This document shows, one piece after another, positions 53,250 to 64,000 of a stretch of 64,000 nucleotides of DNA. The stretch's first letter is position 1; every line of letters begins with the position of its first letter. The position numbers and the translations under genes are program-made. Location of the stretch: NCBI RefSeq assembly GCF_009914755.1, contig NC_060926.1. One strand, written 5' to 3'. This DNA is from the human T2T-CHM13v2.0 reference genome, Homo sapiens. The notes under the pieces are model-generated. The model ran no database searches. It saw only the letters and a list, made by a program, of their open reading frames with translations, and was not told the origin of the DNA.

Positions 53250-56200
53250 ATTTAGTTTAGGGAGAGGTAATACCCCATGAAGTTTCAGCATCCATAAAAG
53301 TTCTTTCTGGGTAAATCTAGAAGGCAATGCCTTAATCACTCTTTACCAGGAAAATTTCTCAGGGTTGTTTTTGCAGGGAAATTGTGAAAAAATAAGTAAC
53401 ACCTCTAATCCAATCTTAATTTTGTTTCCACCTATGAAAAAGTAGACTTCCTTTTGCTTTCTAAAAAGACGGTGGGAAACCACAAAATAAAAACTACAAA
53501 ATGACCAGCTAACAACTTCATGATTAGGTCAAAACCTAATACATCAATATTAACCTTGAATGTAAATAGTCTACACACCTCACTTAAAAGGTACAGAGTA
53601 AGTTGGATAAAATAGCAAGACCCATCTGTCTGCTGTCTTTAAGAGACTCATCTCCTATGTAATAACACACCTAGGCTCAAAGAGTTGGAAAAAGATGTGT
53701 CAGGCAGATGGAAAACAAGAAAGAGCAGGGGTCACTACCTTCTATCAGATAAAACAGACTTTAAACCAACAATAGTAAAAAAGGAAAAGAATGGGCATTA
53801 CATAATGACAAAGGGTTCAATTTAACAAGAAGACTTAACCATCCTTAGTACATATGCACTCAACATTGGAGCACACAGATTCATAAAACAAATAGGTCTA
53901 GACCTACAAAAAGACTTAGACAACCACACAATAATAGTGAGGGACATCAACAACCACTGATAGTGCATAGGCAGATCATTGAGGCAGAAAACTAACTAAG
54001 AAATTCTGAACTTAAATTTATACTTGACCAATTGGACCTAATAGACACCTACAGACTATTGCACCCATCAATCACAAAATATACATTAGTGTCTTCTGCA
54101 CCTGAAGCATACTGTAAGATTGACCACATGCTTGGCTATAAAGCATGTCTCAGTAAATTAAAAAAAATCAAAATCATACCAACCACACTCTTGAACCAAA
54201 GTGAAACAAAACAGAAATCAATAACAAGAAGATCTCTGTAAACCACACAGTTACATGAAATTAAACAACTTGCTCATGAATGACTTTTGGGTAAAAAAGA
54301 AAATTAAGGCAGAAAGAAAACATTCTTTGAAATAAACGAAAACAGAGACAAACATACCAAAATCCCTGGGATGCAACATAGGCAGTGTTAAGAGCAAAAT
54401 TTTTAGTCATAGATGCCTACATCAAGAAGTTAGAAAGATCTCAAATTAATGATCTAACATTACACCTAGAGGAACTAGAAAAGCAAGAATAAATTAACCC
54501 CAAAGCTAACAGAAGAAAAGAAATAACTACAATGAGAGTGTAACTGAATGAAATTGAGACTCAAAAATTCATACAAAGGATCACAAAACCAAAATTTATT
54601 GTTTGAAAGGACAAACAAGATCAATAGACCACTAGCTAGACTAACAAAGGAAAAAAGAAGATTGCCCAAGTAGAAACAACAAAGGTGACATTACAACTTA
54701 TGTGACAGAAATACAAAAGATTCTCCAACACTGTTATGAACATACCAATGCACACGAAGTACAAATTCTAGCGGAAATTTATAACAAATTCCTTGAAATG
54801 CACAACTTTCAAAGATTGATACAGGAAGAAATTAAAGCCCTTAGCAGACTAATATTGAGTTCTGAAATTGCATCAATCATAAAAAACTACCAACAAAAAA
54901 GAGAACTTGACCAGAAGGGCTCAGAGCCAAATTCTACCAGATGTACAGAGAAGAGCTGGTACCAATTCTACTGAAACTATTCCAAAAATATCAAAGAGGA
55001 GGGCTCCTCCCTAAATCATTCTATGAATCCAGCATTACCTTGATAATAAAACCAGGCACAAACACAACAAAAAAAGAAAACTCAAAGCCAATATCCCTGA
55101 TGAACATAGATGCAAAAATCATCAACAAAATATTAGCAACTGGAATCCAACAGAACATCAAAAAGTTAATTCACCACAATAAACTAGGCTTTATTCTTGG
55201 GATTTAAGATTGATTAAACATGCACAAGTCATTAAATGTGGTTCACCACATAAAGAAAATCAAATTTAAAAACCATATGCTCATCTCAATAGACATGGAA
55301 AACCCCTTTAATACAATTTAACATCCCTGCACGATAAAAATTCTCAGCACACTAGGCAGTGAAGAAACATGACTCAAAATAATAAGAGCTATCTATGAAA
55401 AACCAACAGCCAACATCATAATGGGTGGGCAAATGCTGGAAGCATTATCCTTAAGAATTGAAACAAGACAAGGATGCCCACTTTCACCACTCCTATTCAA
55501 TATAGTACTGGAAGTGCTAGCCAAAGCAACCAGGCAAGAGAAAGAAATGAAAGGCATCCAAATAGAAAAAGCAATCAAACTATCTGTTTTGCTGATGATA
55601 TGATTCTATACCTAGAAAACCCTAAAGACTTTGCCTAAAGTCTAATAAAATTGATAAACCATTTTATTAAAGTTTGGGGATACAAAATTAATGTAAAAAA
55701 TCAGTGTTGTATCTATATACAAATAATGTCCAGGCTGAAATTAAAATCAAGAACATTTTTCAACAGCCACAAAGAAAATGAAATATCTAGGAATATGGCT
55801 AGCCAAGCAGGTAAAAGATCTGCACAAAGAGAACTACAAAACACTGCTGAAAGAAATCAAAGACAACACAAACAAATGGAAAAACAATCCATGTTCATGG
55901 ATTGGAAGAATCAATATCATTAAGATGGCTATACTGCCCAAAACAACCTGTAGATTCAATGCTATTCCTATCAAAATATCGGTGTCATTTTTTATAGAAT
56001 TAGAAAAAACTATTCTAAAATTCATATGGAATAAAAATGAACCAAGATAGCCAAAGAAATCCTGAGGAAAAAAAAAAAAGCTGGGTGTATCATATTACTT
56101 GACTTCAAATTATACTATAAGGCTTAAGTAACCAAAACAGCATGGTACTGGTACAAAGAGAGACACTTAAACCAATGAAGCACATTAGAAAACCCAGAAA

Positions 56201-57863
56201 TAAAGCCCACACCTACAACCATCTGATCTTTGATGAATTCAACCGAAATAAGCAGTGGGGAAAGGACTTCCTCGTCAATAACTGGTGCTTGGATACCTGG
56301 CTAATCTGTCTGAAAGAATAAAACTGGACCCTTACCTTTCTGTGTATATAAAAATAACTCAAGATGGTCTAAATATTTAAAAGTAAGACCTCAAACTGTA
56401 AAAATCCTAGAAGAAAACCTAGGAACTACCATTCAGGACATCAGCTTTTGCAAATAATTTGTTACTAAGTCCTCAAAAACAATTGCAACAAAAGCAAAAA
56501 TTGAGAAGTAGGGACTAATTAAAGGAGCTTTTGCACAGGATAAAAAAAGCTATCAGTAAACAATCAACAGAATGGAAGAAAATACTTGCAAACTATGTAT
56601 CTGACAAAGATCTAATATCTAGAATCCATAAGGAACTTAAATATCTCATCAAGCAAAAACCAACCCCATTAAAAAATTGGCAATGAAAATGAACAGACAC
56701 TTCTCAAAAGAAAACATACATTTGGCTTACAAACATATGAATAAATTCCAACATTACTAATAATCGGAGAAATGTGAATCAAAACCACAGTGACATATTA
56801 TCTCACATAAGTCAGAATGGCTATTATTAAAAATACAAAAGCAACAAATGTTGATGAGTCTACAGAGAAGAAGGAATGCTTATACGCTCTTCATGGAATG
56901 TAAATTTGTTTAGCCACTGTGGAAAGCAGTTTGGAGATTTCTCAAAGAAGTAAAAATAGAACTACTATTCCACCCAGCAGTCCCAACAATGGGTATGTAT
57001 CTAAAGGGAAATAAATTGTTCTACCAAAAAGACACACGCCCTTGTAAGTTTATTGAAGCACCATTCACAATAGGAAAGATATGAAATCAACCTAGGTGTC
57101 CACCATTCATGGATTTGATAAAGAAAAATTTGGTACATATACACCATGGAATACTATGCAGACATAACATAAAATGAAAACATATTTTTTTTCAGCAACA
57201 TAGATGCAGCTAAAGGCCATTATCCTAAGCAGATTAATGCAGGAACAGGAAACCAAACACCACATGTTATCACTTATAAGTGGCAGCTAAACATTGGGTA
57301 CTCGTGGACATACCAATGTCCACGGCAACAATAGACACTGCAGACAATTAGAGGTGGAATGAGGCAGTGGGAAATAACTGAAAAACTACCTATTGAGTAC
57401 TATGTTCACTGCTTGAGTGACAGGATTAGTTGTATCCCAAACGTCAGTATCATACAATATACACACGTAACAAACCTGCACATGTATCCCCTTGAATCTA
57501 AAGCAGAAGTTGAAATTATTTTAAAAATTATAAAAATAAACAATTGAGAAAAAAATAAAATAAAATAATAAATACAATGATGGTGAATCCCCCAAGCTGT
57601 GTTTCTATCCTGCAACATATAACCAATTTCATGTGCAAGCATCCAAAATGGGCCCTTTGCATTTCCTTAGTAGGATTGGAGAGCATAGAGAACTGATGTA
57701 AATCAGCGTGAAGCTTTGGCTACTGTTGATGCCATGAGCAATAAAATCCCATGTCTCTGATCCAGGAGCCTCATGACTTCTGCTACCATTATTGAGATTG
57801 TGGCAGGCTAACCTATTTGCTTGTAAATAGGATAAAATTTCAAATCCTGCATCATTCTTGACA
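53250..57863 (+). mobile_element. ERVL LTR (MER74/MER73/MER54 group) apparently split by the L1: ~53250-53475 and ~57578-57863
   Basis: 3' part ends aataaaatcccatgtctctgatccagg...tgtggcaggctaacctatttgcttgtaaataggataaaatttcaaatcctgcatcattcttgaca. The 5' half and its boundary are less certain. Confidence 0.6.
53477..57575 (+). mobile_element. L1PA15/16-like element: near-complete but disabled ORF2 (endonuclease, RT, C-terminus) plus 3'UTR
   Basis: ORF2 peptides in several frames: [24 protein letters not shown]...[61 protein letters not shown]; RT ADD motif (gctgatgat ~55591); many stops and frameshifts; A-rich tail. Confidence 0.97.
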
Positions 57864-58759
57864 TAGTCTAACTATAAGAAATATTATGAAATATTAGCTT
57901 TTCAAGAAATATCAAAATTAACAGAATAAGATGAGTAATTTGTGATTGATACACTGAAGATTTATCTCATGATTTTATGAACGTGGTATTTATAGTAAAG
58001 GAAATCCAGCAAATAATTACATAAAAGTGTATTATCTGCTGTTTTGATGAATGTGTGAAATTGATTCACCCTACTATCAACAATAATGCACACAAAGTTT
58101 TATTTAAAAAAAGCTAGGGAACTCTATTTTATGGCATTCTATCTAAGCTAAATTATTATCTGACCTAACTAGGAAAATGAAATCTTTGCTCAAACCCCTT
58201 CCTGACATTTTTATCTAAATCAAGAGGAAAGTTCCAAGGGTAGACCTCAGAGTTGAATCTGATAACTGACAAGTCTGTCTTATTATAAGACTTGAGATTG
58301 GTAGGAGAAATTTGACTCAGGAAACTGAACTTTTAAATTTTGAAGTGTGCTCTGTAGAACTAAAGTTTAGAAAATGCATATAAGAGACAGAAAGAAAGGT
58401 AAGGAATAATTACGAATGGAAAGAGCTACCTAGATAATTCCTTATTTTCATATTTCCTATGAATTAAGTTTACACATATTTTAAAAGTAGCATATTCAAG
58501 AGCAATTATTGAACTACTTTTCTGCCTTTGAATTCATGTTCAAGAGAAATATGGATGCACAATGTTTATGCTTGTGAATTCTGGTCAAGATATTGCTGTA
58601 ACTATATGTGGAATTCCTCTCCACCTTGGTTCTAAATACCTAGCATGATAGTTGCAGTACTTTTACACCATATAGCTATCTCAGTGAACAAATGTTGAAC
58701 TGAAACCCACAGCAATAAATGAAGCCTGAATGATAATTCCATGAAGTTTCTAGATCAAA

Positions 58760-59470
58760 TTCTGGGGGAGGCAAACGGGGGACTGGCTCTATCAAAGTAA
58801 AAATTAATAAATTCCCCTGTTAGTCACAGCTGAAACACCCACAAAAGTAGATCCAAAAAAGTCACAGTCATTGCCTAGTGTTGCTACCTAGGAAAGCTGG
58901 AGGGAATAGAGATGTCCACACAACTGGGACCAAGGTAAGCCATATAGATTCAGGAACTATAACTCTGGCATCTCTACAAGATGTGAACTCTGTAACTCCA
59001 ATATAAATATAAGATCCCAATTTGCAGGCTGGAAACAACTAGACACACATGGGTGAACATGGGAAATACAAAGTAAATATATGCCCATGCATACACAAAC
59101 ACCTATTCAAGATGAATTGGCATATCAAGGTCTAAAGCACAGAGAAAAAAACTAGTAACTTAAGAATACTATTTAAAAAACTCAGGGAGAAATAATTAAC
59201 TTACGAAGGTATGCAGATAATGTAGTATTTTTTAAAAATGATTATAAAGTGAATCTACCTAAAATACTCAGAGAAATAAAATAAGAAGATCGTAAATCAC
59301 CAACAGGAAACTATGGAACAAAACATAGGTATATATAAATCAGGAATGAGTTGACATGCAAAAGCACCAATTAGAAATTCTGAAAATTAAACATGTTATC
59401 ATAAACAAGCAATAGATGTAATATATTTTAGAGGGGCCATAGAACAGAGAAAATTATTGAACTCTTAGAT
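58760..59470 (+). mobile_element. Possible very old L1/HAL1 5'-ORF1 remnant
   Basis: A-rich, with ORF1-like phrases aaaatactcagagaaataaa and ccaattagaaattctgaaaattaaa. Confidence 0.4.
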
Positions 59471-60925
59471 AATGTAACTTAGATCAATTTTGTTGATTTA
59501 GAGAAATATGATATCAAAAGCTCATGAATTTAAACAAAACCTCTGTTGAGAAATTATTAAATAATGTTAATCATGAGAGATTCTGTGTCCTACTAATGAA
59601 AATTGTGTCAATCTGCATAATTTTGCTTAGAGTCCTATAAAGTGTTCTTTTCAGGTTACCTGAACAAAGACTTATTTCAGAGGTAAAATAAAATTAAGCG
59701 AGGTTACTTCTTTGAAAATTATGGAGAAAAGACAACTCTTAATAATTGTATAAGATCAAGTAAAATTTTGCTTAATATTAGTAAAAATTCACAGGAAAAA
59801 TAAAAAAATGACTATAAAGCTGCACTAATTCTTAAGTGCGAACTTAATACAAATATTCTCTTGCCTAGAAATATGAAAAATGTCATAAGCATTTATGACC
59901 ACAGTAGGATGTTGGGAGGAAAATACCTCTGGTAATAATCTTTAGGAGCAAATGCACACTGTTAGTAATGATTGATGAAAAGTTTCCTCACAATCTGCTG
60001 AGAAAAAAATGTTAAAATGAAATTAAGTGTAGTTATAGAAAACAAAATTACATAATTGACATAACAGAGTTATTGGCCTGAGAGTCATACCTATTGCAAT
60101 CTATTTCTTAGAGGCTCACTCCTGCAGATGCTTGGCTGGAACTTGTCAATGTTTCTATACATACAGGAAATGATAAACAGCACATATCAAGCCTGGCAAA
60201 TACCTATGCTGAGAAAGAAATGCTGGTCCTCATCAAGGGAGAAGGAGCCAGAGCTAAAGGACAGGGTGTTGTCAAGTGATTTTGAGTATTTATGCAGAGC
60301 TAGATTTTTTTAGATAGCTTTCTCAGAATGTCTTATTTCAAAGTCAGTAAAATTTTAATTAACCTAATTTCCCCTGTTCTGATTTCATGTTCCCCCAGCA
60401 ACTATCAATTTATGAAGCTCAATCAAATGGGCTTCAAATATTTATATCTCTTTGACACTGATTTCTAGAAGTGAATTTTTACTTTCAGTCCTGATTTTTT
60501 TCTTGATTCTCATGCAGTTCAAATACAGCAGTAGAGCTCATTGATTGTAAATATGTTGGTGTACCTACCAGTATAAATGCTTTATTTCTCACTGTAAGTT
60601 TGATGATTTAAAAATCTCTTATTTGCCTTAGTTTGTTGAGATGTTTTATTCAGCATGACTCAGTCCTCCAGCTCAGGCCTCATCACGCATGAACACTGAT
60701 GAAATATGAATCTGAAACCCTAAAATGGTGTGACAAAATTGAGTTACTGTCTCATGAGATCCACCAAAGCTCAAACCAGTTTTCCTTGATACCATACTGC
60801 TCCCACTTGCTGATTCAGTCTACTAATTTATACCATCACTGTTTACAAAGAAGAACCCATGAAGTCACATTTAAGAATATGTGGTTGGTGACAGAGCTAG
60901 AGAAAATTGAACTAACATTCTATGG

Positions 60926-61454
60926 CAGGGGTCCCCAACTCCCAGGTCACAGAGCAGTACCAGTCCATGGCCTGTTAGGAATTGGGCTGCACAGCAGGAG
61001 GTGAGCACCGGCCAGCAAGTGAAGCTTCATCTGTATCTACAGCTGCTCCCTATAGCTTGCATTGCTGCCTGAGTTCCACCTCCAATCAGGTCAGTGGCAT
61101 CATGAGATTCTCAAAGAAGCATGAACCCTATTGTGAACTGCGCATGTGAGGGATCTAGGTTGCACACTCCTTATAAGAATCTAACGCCTGATGATGTTAC
61201 TGTCTCCCATCACCCCAAGATGGGACTGTCTAGTTACAGAAAAACAAGTTCAGGGCTTCCACTGATTATACATTATGGTGAGTTGTATAATTATTTCATT
61301 ATATATTACAATATAATAATAATAGAAATAAATTGCACAATACATGTAATATGCTCGAATCATCCTAAAACCATCCCACCCTGCTCCCCATGTCTGTGGA
61401 AAAATGTCATCCATGAAACCAGTCCCTGGTGCCAGAAATGGTTGGGGACTGCTG
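60926..61454. mobile_element. MER1A hAT-Charlie element, full length, 8-bp TSD
   Basis: Termini caggggtccccaac...gttggggactgctg; TSD ttctatgg (60918-60925) / atctatgg (61455-61462); 529 bp. Confidence 0.93.
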
Positions 61455-61558
61455 ATCTATGGAGTATCTGTTATATACAATACACTGCCTGCTATCCCAT
61501 TCAGCTTATTCAGTTTAATCCTTCCTATTTCCTACATAAGTTTAGAGGGTTACATCAC

Positions 61559-62517
61559 CAGTCTAACTAGAGAGCTGAGGGATTTGGATCATACTCACAG
61601 CTGCCATGCAGTATCTTCCCAGGGCACCTACAGCTGGGGTTAATAATGATGTGTGGCCCTTCTACTATCTATATTATAATCAATTTGAGTGCTGCTTAAA
61701 CAAACAGATCCATGATGCACACACACCACCCCTCCCCAACACACACAGAACAACAGTAACAACAATAATGTCAACAACCAACTATGAAGTCAAAAACTTC
61801 AGGATGAGACCCAGGAATCTGCACATTTAACAAGAAACCCCAGGCAATTTTTGTACACATTGAAGTCTGACATCCACTGCTATAAAATTTACGTGTATCC
61901 CGTTGGAGAGAAAAAAAACCCAAAAAAACAAAAAACACAATGTGACAAAAACAGTCACTGTCACAATCCCTAGTTACCCTTCCTTCAGTTTTTCCTCTAT
62001 ATTTTCTGTTTTTTTTTTTTTTCCTTAACATCAGGCGTACATTGAGATTTCTTTCAGTCAGTCCTGACTTATAGCCCCTTTGTGGTTATGACTCATCCCA
62101 AACACTTTCAAACTGAACTGCAGCAAAATCAATAAATCAACGTAATTAAACCACTATCATAAAGAATATTACTCAACAGTATAAGAACTGTAACTACTCG
62201 CCCTAACATGTGTTTCTTTCTATTTCCTATCAGTCTAACTTAGAGAGCTGAGTGCAGACTCCTGGGTCTCATCCTGAAGTTTTTGACTTCATAGATGGTT
62301 GTTGATATTATTGTTGTTACTGTTGTTGTGTGTGTGTTGGGGAGGGGTAGTGTGTGTGCATCATGGATCTGTTTGTTTAAGCAGCACTGAAATTGATTAT
62401 AATATAGATAGTAGAAGGGCCACACATTAACATTAACCCCAGCTGTAGGTACCCTGGGAAGCTACTGTATGGCAGCTGTGGGTATGATCCAAATCCCTCA
62501 GCTCTCTAGTTAGACTG
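61559..62517. repeat. 266-bp inverted repeat pair (61559-61824 / 62252-62517) with 427-bp spacer
   Basis: Manual alignment: 13 substitutions, no gaps, in 266 bp (~95%). Also visible as near-identical opposite-strand ORFs 61606+ and 62240-. Confidence 0.98.
61688..61880. mobile_element. MER5A-like MITE with an internal CA/CAA-rich tract
   Basis: cccaggaatctgcacatttaacaagaaaccccaggcaatttttgtacacattgaagtctgacatccactg matches the MER5 terminal half. Confidence 0.7.
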
Positions 62518-64000
62518 ATACAATTCTCAAGTGAACAGTTTCAGAAAATATCTTGATAGAATCTCAAGATGTACTTGAGCAACTGGTACACAGTAATGAT
62601 GGCTGTGACTTAAGACTCTCTAGGGGCCAATCGTAGAGCTGCAAAAAATGCTTAAATCCAGGAAGGAAAACACAAAAGGAAACAAAACAAAAAAAAAAAG
62701 CGTTGGTGAGGAGTTTGCAAATGATCATGTGAGGCAGATAAACAGTTTCTCTCAATTTTTAAAAATCAACATATATTGAGCCTAGGCGGGCCAAAACAGA
62801 GATACTCCATTTTGAATCATGACAGGAATAGAAGGGCATGCGAAATTTCTCCAGCTTTTCTACCTTTCAGATTTTAAAAGTTGATTCACTTAAGCTGTTA
62901 ATACAGTAGAAACAATCTACATGTATCTGGCATACTGAATTTTCTTCACCCAGATAATAGTGAATTCAATTTTGTCTTTCACGGCACACAGTTTAGAATT
63001 TCTCTGTCTGTACCTATTTTCCACTTGTCTCAGGATCTCAACTAAAAGTCATTTTGAACAATTATATAATGTAGATTCCAAACTTTTATAAAACTGCTTC
63101 AACACACCATTTTTAGGTGGTTTTCATTCTACCTTAAAACTAAGTTGCTACAGTTTAAAAGTGCACAAGGGCAGAGTGACAGCCCTATATACTATGGAAA
63201 GAATGAAACAGACAATGATAATAGCTTCTTTCAGCTAGAAAGCTGTACAATAGACTGTTCTTCTTTAGACATTACTGAAGGTAGACTGAAAAATATCACC
63301 TAAGTGAATTTTTGGTTTCTTAGCTTCACTGGACTTGATGAATTGACAAAAGCCCCAGATAATGGCTGATACGGAGAAAGAGTGGGAAAGTATGTCCGTA
63401 GATGGAAAGCATGACCCTGAATCAAAACTGTGAATGAGCCTGTGGGGACAGCTGGACACAGGAGAATGTTTTGCCCTCATTAGTGAGCAATTTCTTCTTT
63501 TGGACTGAACATACAGTCTATCTCCTTCTCAGCCTTAAGGGATTTCTAGAAAAAAAAAAAGGGTTAGTAATTGTGTGGTCTTCTCCATTACAAAGATGCT
63601 GATATTTCAAATTCAAAGGGTTACAATAAATGAGAGCTTGGGAGAGTGTATGCAAACCTGTTAGTAGAAAGGTAGAGCATTGCTTATGCCCTTGGTCTTG
63701 TCAGTTGTATCTACAACACGTAAGTAGTAAAGGGGTTGCTAAGCAACTTCTAACTTTTAACATTAAGTGTGCTCAGGGACTGCATACTGCAAAGGCACAG
63801 TATTGCCCATTGGTAGAAGAGGATGCCCTAAGTAAGATGAAGTGGAAGGTATCTCTTTATTGTCCTTTCAGTTTGTTGTTTGTGGAACAGGAAGCAAAAG
63901 AGAGATTCATGTTTTGGTTTGTTCTGGAAACTTATAGAACTCAAGAGTAGTAGAATGACTAAAATTATTTTTGTCATTCCTACATCTTGTTTTTCTTCAT

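Noticed and set aside
53477-57575. Active or domesticated reverse transcriptase
   Set aside because: ORF2 is broken into many short frames by stops and frameshifts; no ORF1 or promoter.
61121-61570. Longest ORF (149 aa)
   Set aside because: Lies mostly inside non-autonomous MER1A; chance open frame with no transposase motifs.
61606-62425. Two near-identical ORFs on opposite strands suggesting a gene pair
   Set aside because: A by-product of the inverted duplication; the peptide is low-complexity translation of a CA/CAA tract.

Overview
This is primate (most likely human) genomic DNA: AT-rich, CpG-depleted, with no CpG island and no protein-coding exon, RNA gene or processed pseudogene that I can support. 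It looks like a gene desert or the interior of a very large intron. Much of it is recognisable transposable-element debris: five Alus, several L1s (including a ~4.1 kb L1PA15/16-like ORF2+3'UTR copy and an internally deleted old L1M that keeps its 5' end), L2 and MIR relics, MaLR/ERVL LTRs, hAT and mariner MITEs, and microsatellites. All listed ORFs are L1/Alu/LTR/MER fragments or chance ORFs. Repeat subfamily names are from visual recognition, not a database search. Two structures are not explained by ordinary repeat annotation. (1) A 266-bp, 95%-identical, gap-free inverted duplication of local sequence (61559-61824 vs 62252-62517); the derived copy is itself bracketed by a ~24-bp inverted repeat, which points to a multi-step template switch. 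(2) A nested L1 cluster at 14.8-20.7 kb whose 5' junction carries a 43-bp copy of unique sequence from ~1 kb upstream. I found no evidence of a new protein-coding system.
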